Shown in pieces: positions 45,932 to 53,916 of a stretch of 64,000 nt of DNA. The notes beneath the pieces are model-generated. The model searched no databases and was not told where the DNA came from. It saw nothing but the letters and a program-made list of their open reading frames with translations. Position 1 is the stretch's first letter. Each line of letters starts with the position of its first letter. Both the position numbers and the translations under genes were made by a program. The stretch is from a virus (taxonomy: Duplodnaviria > Caudoviricetes), in IMG/VR virus record IMGVR_UViG_3300032216_000903, positions 1 to 64,000 of that record. The stretch is one strand, 5' to 3'.

Positions 45932-47452
45932 ATGAAATCATTCAAAAACTACCTCTCTGAAGGCATCTCACCGGCTGGCCTGCACAAGGCAGCCGTGCTG
46001 ATCAAGTCATACCTCCATCGCAAACTCGAGGCCGAGCTGTTTCACTTTCCCGACGCGGAAGAATACAAGAGCGACGAGTACGGCCATGGATACGGCATTC
46101 GATTCTTCATTCCCGCCGGCAATCGCTCGGTCCGCATCAACTGGACGGCGGCGAACTCGATCGGCATGACCGGTGTGTCTTCGGCCGACGTGTGGTTGGA
46201 TTCCAAGACGCCGTATCACGTCAAGTTTGACGCCGAGCAGTCTCTGGTCCAGACCCTTCCGATCATCGCGGACATCCTGACTGGCGACACCAAGTCTGGT
46301 CACTTTCTCACTCCTCCGGCCAAGGTCGACCTGAACGAGTCGCTCGACATGCGCACGGCTTCCCTGCTCATCGAGTCCGTCCATCCCGAAGAGGCCTACG
46401 ACGGCATCGTAGCGATGATCAAGGACAATCGCTTCAAGAAGTACGGACCCGGTTCCGTGTACGATCAGTATCGCAAGACCGGTGAGCTCATCTTCAATGC
46501 ACTGGTCAAGGCGTTTCCTCAGTACATCACGAAGAAGGGTGCAGGATTCATCTGGTCCGGTAAGCCCGAAGACGTCCGTGACTTGGTCATCGCCAAGTCG
46601 AAGATCCTCTCGGACCTCGGATGTACCGGTGCGTCCGTCTCTCGCGGATCGGCCGAAGAGTATCCGGCGGATCCCAAGACGGAAAAGCTGATCGAACGCC
46701 TCCCTTTTAAGACGCAGCTCGCTGACCTCCGTCACCTGATCAAGATGACGATCGGCGGATCCTCGAACGCCCTCTTCGTTGCCGGTCGCGGCGGCGTCGG
46801 TAAGACCCATACGGTCGAGGAAGTGCTGCATGAACTCGGTCTCAAGGACGGCGACGGCTACTTCAAGAACACGGGCACGGCTTCTCCTGCCGGTCTGTAC
46901 ACCCTCCTCTTTCGCTACAAAGACGGCGTGATCCTGTTCGACGACTCGGACGACGCGCTGAAGGATCAGGAAGCACGCAACATCCTGAAGGCGGCGACGG
47001 ACACCAAGAAAGTCCGTAAGCTCGTCTGGAATAAACGTGGATCCAACGTCGTGGATCCGGACGACGACCGTTCGGACGAAGAGATCCTGGACGCCGGTGA
47101 GATTCCTCGCTACTTCGAATTCACGGGCAAGGTCATCTTCATCTCGAACCTGAACATGGACAAACTCGATCCGGACGGCGCCATTCGCACCCGCGCTTAT
47201 ATGATCGACATCAATCCCACGGACGACGAGGTGTACGACTTCATGGAAGAGATTTGCGACAAGGTCCCATTGCAGTCCGGTTTGTCCCTCTCACATAAAG
47301 ATCGCTTGAAAGTCATCTCGATCCTGCGTCAGGGCAAGTCGAAACAGACGGCCAATCTTCGTAAGCTCTCACGCGGCCTGAACATGTATGCGGCGGGCGG
47401 CGCCAATCTGAGCGAGGAAGAACTGGTGCGAATGATCTCGACGTACGCTTAA
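45932..47452 (+). CDS. Late AAA+ ATPase with capsid-targeting-like leader
   Basis: TATAAATA at 45912-45919; MKSFKNYLSE; GRGGVGKT, ILFDDSD, FISN. Confidence 0.8.
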   Translation: MKSFKNYLSEGISPAGLHKAAVLIKSYLHRKLEAELFHFPDAEEYKSDEYGHGYGIRFFIPAGNRSVRINWTAANSIGMTGVSSADVWLDSKTPYHVKFDAEQSLVQTLPIIADILTGDTKSGHFLTPPAKVDLNESLDMRTASLLIESVHPEEAYDGIVAMIKDNRFKKYGPGSVYDQYRKTGELIFNALVKAFPQYITKKGAGFIWSGKPEDVRDLVIAKSKILSDLGCTGASVSRGSAEEYPADPKTEKLIERLPFKTQLADLRHLIKMTIGGSSNALFVAGRGGVGKTHTVEEVLHELGLKDGDGYFKNTGTASPAGLYTLLFRYKDGVILFDDSDDALKDQEARNILKAATDTKKVRKLVWNKRGSNVVDPDDDRSDEEILDAGEIPRYFEFTGKVIFISNLNMDKLDPDGAIRTRAYMIDINPTDDEVYDFMEEICDKVPLQSGLSLSHKDRLKVISILRQGKSKQTANLRKLSRGLNMYAAGGANLSEEELVRMISTYA

Positions 47453-47470
47453 TCACCCAAGCAAGTCACG

Positions 47471-47503
47471 AAGGCCGGATTTCGCAAGGAGTCCGGCCTT
47501 TTT
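47471..47503 (+). terminator. Rho-independent terminator
   Basis: AAGGCCGGATTTC-GCAA-GGAGTCCGGCCTTTTT. Confidence 0.88.
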
Positions 47504-47532
47504 GCTGCACACAATTAGATCATAAACTCATG

Positions 47533-47602
47533 CAAGTCGTTGGTATTCAACTGCGAAATTATTTCATTTTCTTGTGTACATTTTACGAGGGCGTGTTATA
47601 CT
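47533..47602 (+). promoter_or_regulatory. Early promoter with IHF-like box (one mismatch)
   Basis: CAAGTCGTTGGTA 47533-47545; TGTAC 47575-N17-TATACT. Confidence 0.75.
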
Positions 47603-47611
47603 TATCTCAGA

Positions 47612-47992
47612 ATGAAGAACGAATACAGTCAGTCGCAGATCGAACTCAAGGCCCACATCGAAGCCGAAAACGCTAAGGCCGCCGCTTGGGTGGCCGAGGA
47701 TCCGGCCAATCGGTTCTCCGGCATGGTGACATCCAATCCGGACCACTGGGCCACCTACGGGATCTTCACGGTCGAGCAGTACCTGTTTTCGATGGCCAAG
47801 TCCGCCTACTCGGACTCGTACAAGTCCCTCTGGGGCACGCGGCCGGATCTCTCGCGGTTCACGACCCTCGCGGAGATCGAGTCGGCTCAGAAGTCCGTCG
47901 ACTCCGAGATGAAGTCGTCCATGTACGAGGAGGATATTCGTCACGGCGAGGAATTCTCGAAGGAGATGGCCGCTGGATTCGGCTGGATCTGA
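47612..47992 (+). CDS. Early hypothetical protein
   Basis: ATG directly after the promoter. Confidence 0.7.
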   Translation: MKNEYSQSQIELKAHIEAENAKAAAWVAEDPANRFSGMVTSNPDHWATYGIFTVEQYLFSMAKSAYSDSYKSLWGTRPDLSRFTTLAEIESAQKSVDSEMKSSMYEEDIRHGEEFSKEMAAGFGWI

Positions 47993-47993
47993 T

Positions 47994-48061
47994 TGCGAAA
48001 TTCTTTCATTTTCTTGTGTACATTTTACGAGGGCGTGGTATTATTATATCAGAATGAAGAA
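47994..48061 (+). repeat. Near-identical copy of the promoter/start block at 47552-47620
   Basis: Shared TTTCATTTTCTTGTGTACATTTTACGAGGGCGTG and CAGAATGAAGAAC. Confidence 0.85.
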
Positions 48062-48245
48062 CAAAACAACATCTAAGACTAACAAACAACAGGAACTCAA
48101 CGCCTTCAAGGCCGGCATGGACTACGCGGCCCTTCAGATCTTGCCCTTATGCCAAGATCTGGATCATGCTCAAATCAAGATCATGATCAAGACTCTGCGC
48201 CTGAAGAGCATTCCGGCCAATTTCACATCCTTTCACAACTCCTGA
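48054..48245 (+). CDS. Early hypothetical protein
   Basis: ATG after TGTAC 48017-N17-TATTAT. Confidence 0.6.
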   Translation: MKNKTTSKTNKQQELNAFKAGMDYAALQILPLCQDLDHAQIKIMIKTLRLKSIPANFTSFHNS

Positions 48246-48252
48246 TCCCACT

Positions 48253-48678
48253 ATGCTCAAGATCAATTTCGAAGAACCCTTCAACAACAAGAAGGCGGAT
48301 CTGTTCGAATCCTTGACGATCTTTGCCCTGAAGAAGCTGGCTCCCAAGGCTTACTCGAAGATCACGGTCAACTTCGAAATGATCAAGAACTTTGAACGGG
48401 ACGAGGGCCTCGAGGCGCTCATGACGCCGGACATTGACAAGGATCAGTACACGATCTCGCTCGATGCCGGACTCGACATGCGAAAGGCCCTTCTGGCCGT
48501 CGCCCACGAGTTGGTCCATGTAAAGCAGTTTGCCCTTGGTGAGAATCTCGATGCGGAAAAGAAACGCGACTACTTCGACGATCCGCTCGAGATCGAGGCT
48601 TACGGACGTGAGCTCGGACTTTACACACGTTGGTGTGAGAAACACGGACACGCAAAGAAGTACAAGTGGTGCACATAA
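48253..48678 (+). CDS. Small HEXXH metallopeptidase-like protein
   Basis: AHELVHVKQ...PLEIEAY. Confidence 0.75.
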   Translation: MLKINFEEPFNNKKADLFESLTIFALKKLAPKAYSKITVNFEMIKNFERDEGLEALMTPDIDKDQYTISLDAGLDMRKALLAVAHELVHVKQFALGENLDAEKKRDYFDDPLEIEAYGRELGLYTRWCEKHGHAKKYKWCT

Positions 48679-48681
48679 TCT

Positions 48682-48924
48682 ATGAAATATAAAACAACAA
48701 TCACTACAGTATCCATCCACTCAGAAAATGTGAATCCTGTATATGGCGAAGGCGTTACCCATTTATGCATCCAAGACGAAGGCGCTGGGCCGTTTATTAC
48801 GTTGACACAAGTGGGGGAGAATAAGTCTGACTGTATTCGCATCGACATGGAGGAGCTGGAACTGATTACGGCGGAGGCGAAAAAGCTAATTGGACAATTC
48901 CCAAAAGAAAAGAAACAAATATGA
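48682..48924 (+). CDS. Hypothetical protein
   Basis: Intact ORF, atypical composition. Confidence 0.6.
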   Translation: MKYKTTITTVSIHSENVNPVYGEGVTHLCIQDEGAGPFITLTQVGENKSDCIRIDMEELELITAEAKKLIGQFPKEKKQI

Positions 48925-49241
48925 ACTACACCGACAACCAACTTAAAGCGGCATTGGCAAAGATGCTGCCGGATGATTTATACATCACATTGGACGGGAT
49001 ACAATTGCACTGGTCAAATGCCAGCGAAAAATGTTTACGCGAATGGCGTGGATGGGAAGTACGCGACACCGAACTCCTGCACCTGTGCTGGCTAGTGGAA
49101 GAAGAAGTATTTTTTGGCAAATCATTTGAATGCCTAGACGCATTGGATAAAGTCACTTTCTTCAACGACTTTATGCGGACTAATGCAACATGGCAAAATC
49201 GCGTCATCGCATTGGCAAAAGCGAAAGGGATTGAGATATGA
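48921..49241 (+). CDS. Hypothetical protein
   Basis: ATGA-coupled ORF, atypical composition. Confidence 0.6.
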   Translation: MNYTDNQLKAALAKMLPDDLYITLDGIQLHWSNASEKCLREWRGWEVRDTELLHLCWLVEEEVFFGKSFECLDALDKVTFFNDFMRTNATWQNRVIALAKAKGIEI

Positions 49242-49561
49242 AGACAACAAAACTGCAGAATCAAGTACCTCTCGAGATGGATTCGCTCGACATTCCTCCG
49301 GGTCAGGTGAGACGTCGAGTCGGCGACGTGTTTCTATTCTCTCGAGACAAGTACGTCATTGAGTCCGTGTCCGCCTCTCGTGCCGTCGCAAGGTGCCTGG
49401 CTCGTCAGAAGCACATGATCACGGACGGAATGACTGGAACGAAGGTCGAAGCCGAGACGACGCCTACATACATCTCGATCTCTAACTGCTGCGATCGCGC
49501 GGACGTGATTGATCACATTCTAGGATATCAGGCACCAGTGGCCGTCGTCAAGCCTACATAA
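49238..49561 (+). CDS. Hypothetical protein
   Basis: ATGA-coupled ORF. Confidence 0.6.
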   Translation: MKTTKLQNQVPLEMDSLDIPPGQVRRRVGDVFLFSRDKYVIESVSASRAVARCLARQKHMITDGMTGTKVEAETTPTYISISNCCDRADVIDHILGYQAPVAVVKPT

Positions 49562-49565
49562 TTCA

Positions 49566-50402
49566 ATGGCATCAGAAAAGACACATGGGCTCCTGTTCAA
49601 GCAGTCCGGACTCGATAAGTCATATAAGCTCCTCACGCCTGCGGCCTCTGAGCGAGGCACGATGGCATTCATGACTTACGTGAACGGAGAGATTCTGAAG
49701 GCTGGAGGACCCATCACGCTCATCATTCCAAATACGCCGCTCAAGTTTGAGAACGTGTATGGCATCAATCGTGTCTTTGATAAGCAGATAGGGGATCCAG
49801 ATCTGATGACGAAGCCAAGGGCCGACGTCGCGATTGTGGCAATGGTCGGAGGAAAGTTCAAAGAGGTGTGCTATCTGGCCTATGACTGGGTCACGGCGCC
49901 CTCCGACATTCCTTACTACTCGATTCTAAACTTTCGAGCCGATGCCGGAAAGATCGGCGTGGTGTCGAAGGATTCAACGGTCGTGGACTTTCTGTTGAGA
50001 ATCGCCGATCGCCTCGACAAGATCGTAAAGGAGAAGAAGAGTTTCTACATGCTCGTGAAGGATACCAAGCTCATCGGACGCGGAGCCTTTGGTCCATTGT
50101 ATAAGCGCGAATCGAAGAAGAGCAAGGACAATGTGGATGGACGGGCTGAGGGCAAGAGCATTAAACTTGCCAAGGATAAGAATACTACATACACGCTTCG
50201 ATTCTCCGTAGGCTTTCGTCTGAATGATCGAGATCTAAAGGTGTACATCTCGGACTCCAAGCGAAAGGCCGTTCTGTCGGCCGAGCCTATGTCATCGGCA
50301 CGATTCAAGGTGAATGGCAAGGAATATAAAGGCGTTCGAGTTCTACTGAAGCCGATGGCATCCGTCGATCCCAAGGCCGAAGAACTCTCGGCGAGCAAGT
50401 GA
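49566..50402 (+). CDS. Basic hypothetical protein
   Basis: Intact Lys-rich ORF. Confidence 0.6.
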   Translation: MASEKTHGLLFKQSGLDKSYKLLTPAASERGTMAFMTYVNGEILKAGGPITLIIPNTPLKFENVYGINRVFDKQIGDPDLMTKPRADVAIVAMVGGKFKEVCYLAYDWVTAPSDIPYYSILNFRADAGKIGVVSKDSTVVDFLLRIADRLDKIVKEKKSFYMLVKDTKLIGRGAFGPLYKRESKKSKDNVDGRAEGKSIKLAKDKNTTYTLRFSVGFRLNDRDLKVYISDSKRKAVLSAEPMSSARFKVNGKEYKGVRVLLKPMASVDPKAEELSASK

Positions 50403-50420
50403 ATCGTATAAATAAGACAA

Positions 50421-50627
50421 ATGAAACTCCACGAATCGGCTAAGAAAGTGCTAATCACTGAGGCAGAAAAATCATTAGATCAATTATCTTCTGAATACAA
50501 TAAGAAGTACAATCAGATGAAAAGTGGAGAAATCTCGGAGCAGGAATGGTATGATTACTGCGCCGATCTTTTGGGTGATATCCTAGACGATAACAAAGAT
50601 GTCATGGTTCGTCTGAAAAATCGATAA
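50421..50627 (+). CDS. Small late protein, cassette 1 (putative internal head protein)
   Basis: TATAAATAAGACAA-ATG; leader MKLHESAKKVLITE. Confidence 0.75.
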   Translation: MKLHESAKKVLITEAEKSLDQLSSEYNKKYNQMKSGEISEQEWYDYCADLLGDILDDNKDVMVRLKNR

Positions 50628-50636
50628 ATAAGACAA

Positions 50637-50939
50637 ATGAAACTCCACGAATCGGCCAAGAAAGTCCTAATTGCTGAAGCTGAGGAAAGCACTCCTCACA
50701 CCTATGATCTCCTCTCCAAATTTAATGGAGAATCAAGTTTCGACGCATTTGATAATAACAAACTTCGCTCTTATCAGTTCATGGTTCTAGAGAATCTCGG
50801 TTATGATGGCATCACTGAATATGGATTCAAGACTTTGGAAGATGCTCAGGATTACCTGGCCTATTGCAAGCGAGTCAAAGCGACCGGTTACAAAAATCTA
50901 AGCGGCGTATTTAAGCTCGTTCATTCCTACACGGTCTAA
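50637..50939 (+). CDS. Small late protein, cassette 2
   Basis: GATAAATAAGACAA-ATG; leader MKLHESAKKVLIAE. Confidence 0.75.
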   Translation: MKLHESAKKVLIAEAEESTPHTYDLLSKFNGESSFDAFDNNKLRSYQFMVLENLGYDGITEYGFKTLEDAQDYLAYCKRVKATGYKNLSGVFKLVHSYTV

Positions 50940-50998
50940 TAGGAATTTCAGATCATATATATAAAGCCAGTTAATCAACAATAATCAACAAGAATCGA

Positions 50999-51304
50999 AT
51001 GAAACTCAACGAAGCAATCAAGCGGGTGCTTCTCAATGAAGCTTCTGATAAGGCCAAAATTTTTGACGGAAACAATAAGAAGATTGCTTTGAATCCAGAA
51101 GCAATCAAGACAGCGGTCCTCAAAACCGGAGGCGCAAAAGCTGTAACTGGTGAAGATCATGACATTGCCATCTCACAGCGGTATGATGGGGATGAGGATA
51201 TGATTGAAGTTTTTGTTGATGACGAGCAAAAATTTTCAGGTCGTTGGTCGAGCATGGATAAGGCGATTTTGCAATTCATTAAGCTTGTTAATAAGATCGT
51301 ATAA
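50999..51304 (+). CDS. Small late protein, cassette 3
   Basis: Leader MKLNEAIKRVLLNE. Confidence 0.75.
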   Translation: MKLNEAIKRVLLNEASDKAKIFDGNNKKIALNPEAIKTAVLKTGGAKAVTGEDHDIAISQRYDGDEDMIEVFVDDEQKFSGRWSSMDKAILQFIKLVNKIV

Positions 51305-51335
51305 ATAAAGCCAGTAAATCATATAAATAAGACAA

Positions 51336-51524
51336 ATGAAACTTAACGAAGCAATCAAAAAAGTCGTACTCGACGAAGAAGTGATTAAACCTGATTCAGA
51401 TGGTTCTATCAATCTTTCTTCAAGTTATATTAGTCGTATAACTGTAAATGGTAAACAATTAAGTCCTCATCAATTTTCTTTTAATGAAGGCAGTAATCAT
51501 TTGATTATAAATTTAAATGCGTAA
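51336..51524 (+). CDS. Small late protein, cassette 4
   Basis: TATAAATAAGACAA-ATG; leader MKLNEAIKKVVLDE. Confidence 0.72.
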   Translation: MKLNEAIKKVVLDEEVIKPDSDGSINLSSSYISRITVNGKQLSPHQFSFNEGSNHLIINLNA

Positions 51525-51558
51525 TGATTAGATTGGATAATTAAATTCTCCTCTCTTC

Positions 51559-51589
51559 AAACCCACGGATTAACCTCCGTGGGTTTTTT
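51559..51589 (+). terminator. Rho-independent terminator closing the cassette array
   Basis: AAACCCACGGA-TTAACC-TCCGTGGGTTTTTT. Confidence 0.85.
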
Positions 51590-51618
51590 AGTTTTTCAAA
51601 ACGAATAAATAGAAGGAC

Positions 51619-52848
51619 ATGAAAAGCTTTCGTCAGTTCATCCTCTCAGAGGGATCCGGTCACCTCACACACGTAGAAGACTCGGTCCTGTACTCCGGCG
51701 TCTCCGGCGCCAAAAAGGCCATTCAGACCCTCAAATCGGTCCGCGACTCGCTGACCGGCAAGGGAAACAAGCCGGTGTCCGTCACGGTCAAGTGGGACGG
51801 AGCCCCAGCGATCTTCTGCGGCATCGATTCGGCGGACGGCAAGTTCTTTGTCGCCAAGAAGTCGATCTTCAATAAGGTCCCGGAGGTATACAAGACGCCG
51901 GACGACATCGATGCGGCCATCGCTGCCGGAGACCTCAACAACAAGATGCAGGTCGCTCTGGCCGAACTGTCTAAGCTCGGCATTCGTGGAATCATTCAGG
52001 GCGACATCATGTTCACGGAAGACACCGTGAAGCGCGAGACGATCAAGGGACAGGAGTACATCACGTTCCATCCAAATACAATCGTATATGCCGTTCCAGT
52101 CGACTCTGAGATCGGCAAAAAGGTATCGATGGCCAAGATCGGCGTGGTCTTTCATACATCATACACCGGTAAGCTTGGATCTCTCGAAGCCGTTCCTGGA
52201 GTGAATGCCAAGTCGATGAAGCAGGTCCCCTCGGTCTGGTGGCAGACTGCGGATCTCAAGAGCACCATGGCTCCTGACGTGAAACCCGAAGACTTAATGC
52301 AGATCGATAAGCTTCTAAAGCAGGCCGATCAGACTCTCTCCAAGATCTCTCCCAATACACTTAATGCCATCGAGACGAGCTCAGATCTGGCTCAAGAGCT
52401 GGAAACCTATGCCAATTCCAAGGTCCGTTCTGGCCAAGAGATCGGCGATCCGGCCAAGCATGTGGCTGGTCTGATGAACTGGATGAAGGCTCGATTCGAT
52501 AAGGAAGCGGCTGAGAAGAAGACGACTAAAGGCAAAGAAGCCGTTGATGCTCGTCGTCAGGCTCGCATGGAGTTCTTCTCGGGCGACAACGTGAATAACT
52601 TGGTTCTCATCTTTACGCTTCAGCAGATCTTGGTCGATGCCAAGAAGCTCCTGATCTCGAAGCTGAATCAGCTCGGCGGAGTGAATACTTTTCTCAAGAC
52701 GAAGGGTGGATATGAGAAGACCGGACAGGAAGGATACGTGGTTGGCGATCCGATTGGTGGCAACACGGTCAAGCTCGTTGATCGCCTTGGCTTCTCGAGG
52801 GCCAACTTCAGTCCAGACGTCGTTAAGGGCTGGGATCATCAGAAGTAA
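51619..52848 (+). CDS. Ligase-like nucleotidyltransferase-fold protein (DUF6267-like) with capsid-targeting-like leader
   Basis: MKSFRQFILSE; HLTHVED, TVKWDG, QGDIMF, EGYV, VKLVDR. Confidence 0.7.
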   Translation: MKSFRQFILSEGSGHLTHVEDSVLYSGVSGAKKAIQTLKSVRDSLTGKGNKPVSVTVKWDGAPAIFCGIDSADGKFFVAKKSIFNKVPEVYKTPDDIDAAIAAGDLNNKMQVALAELSKLGIRGIIQGDIMFTEDTVKRETIKGQEYITFHPNTIVYAVPVDSEIGKKVSMAKIGVVFHTSYTGKLGSLEAVPGVNAKSMKQVPSVWWQTADLKSTMAPDVKPEDLMQIDKLLKQADQTLSKISPNTLNAIETSSDLAQELETYANSKVRSGQEIGDPAKHVAGLMNWMKARFDKEAAEKKTTKGKEAVDARRQARMEFFSGDNVNNLVLIFTLQQILVDAKKLLISKLNQLGGVNTFLKTKGGYEKTGQEGYVVGDPIGGNTVKLVDRLGFSRANFSPDVVKGWDHQK

Positions 52849-52873
52849 TATCGTATAAATACGTACATATCTT

Positions 52874-53914
52874 ATGGGAAACACGAATAGCTCCATTACG
52901 TTTAAAGATCTTAAAGCCGTCGACTACACTTTCGACAACGTTGATGACGACGGCCTAATCAATCTTCAAACCTTTAAGCGTCATCGTTGCCTTCGCGAGG
53001 TCGGTCTTCCATATCGCAAGGCTAATTCCCGACGAGTGATCGAGCGCGTCAAGCGCCGTGAGTCCCGTCCCTATCTCAGTCTGGCCGGCAACAAGCTCGC
53101 TGAGGCTAAGTCGGCCTTCAACGTCAATGAGCTTGATTCTGAATTTCTGAGCCGCGCTGAAAATAATCCGAGTCTGAATCTACTCGTCGAAGACTTCTCC
53201 AAGAAAAACAATCGTAAGAAAGAAATTCAGTACCTGATCAAGAAGCATTACTTTCCAGACTTCAATCTGTCAGCCACTCTCGATGACGACGACATCACGG
53301 ATGTGGCCGTCAACACTATGATCACCAGACTGAAAAAGGAGAATCCTGAGACTTTCAAGATCCTATTCACCATGCTCGGTGGTCAAGGAATTGGACCCGG
53401 CGAGGCGATGCTGTATTTCATCTACAATAAAGCATACATTCACGGCGGCTTCGGCAAGACTGGCGACATCGAGATCGGCAATAAGATATATGAATGCAAA
53501 GCGATTCAGATTATTGGAGCTAGGCCGAATGAGATAAATGATCTACGTCTGGGTGGTACGGTAGACACGGCGAGCATCGTTTCGCGAATAAAGGCTCTGT
53601 ACAAAAAGCAGATCGATTCGAACTACGAAGTGGGTGCAAAGGGATATGAAGGAGCACAAGGAACGGATCCCATCATTGCTCTCAGAACAAATCCTAAGAC
53701 TCGGGCGGAGTTTAAAAAGATCGAGTCTGACTATCAAAAATTGGCCTATGAAAAGTACTTCGAGCTGCATGAATTCATCTTCTTGAATAATTCTACCAAG
53801 CTCGAAGAGATGGGTAAGATCGTGATGCCCGTCGGAAAGATCAAGCAGAGTTCGATTCAGATCGAGCGCATCACGCAGAATATCTTGAAGCCCGTCATCT
53901 TGAAGAACAAATAA
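52874..53914 (+). CDS. Late protein with PD-(D/E)XK nuclease-like C-terminal domain
   Basis: TATAAATA at 52854-52861; GPGE...GDIEIGNKIYECK. Confidence 0.55.
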   Translation: MGNTNSSITFKDLKAVDYTFDNVDDDGLINLQTFKRHRCLREVGLPYRKANSRRVIERVKRRESRPYLSLAGNKLAEAKSAFNVNELDSEFLSRAENNPSLNLLVEDFSKKNNRKKEIQYLIKKHYFPDFNLSATLDDDDITDVAVNTMITRLKKENPETFKILFTMLGGQGIGPGEAMLYFIYNKAYIHGGFGKTGDIEIGNKIYECKAIQIIGARPNEINDLRLGGTVDTASIVSRIKALYKKQIDSNYEVGAKGYEGAQGTDPIIALRTNPKTRAEFKKIESDYQKLAYEKYFELHEFIFLNNSTKLEEMGKIVMPVGKIKQSSIQIERITQNILKPVILKNK

Positions 53915-53916
53915 TC

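Noticed and set aside
47552-51360. CRISPR-like array from recurring repeats
   Set aside because: Repeats are promoter/leader blocks separated by whole genes, not by 30-40 nt spacers; no cas genes
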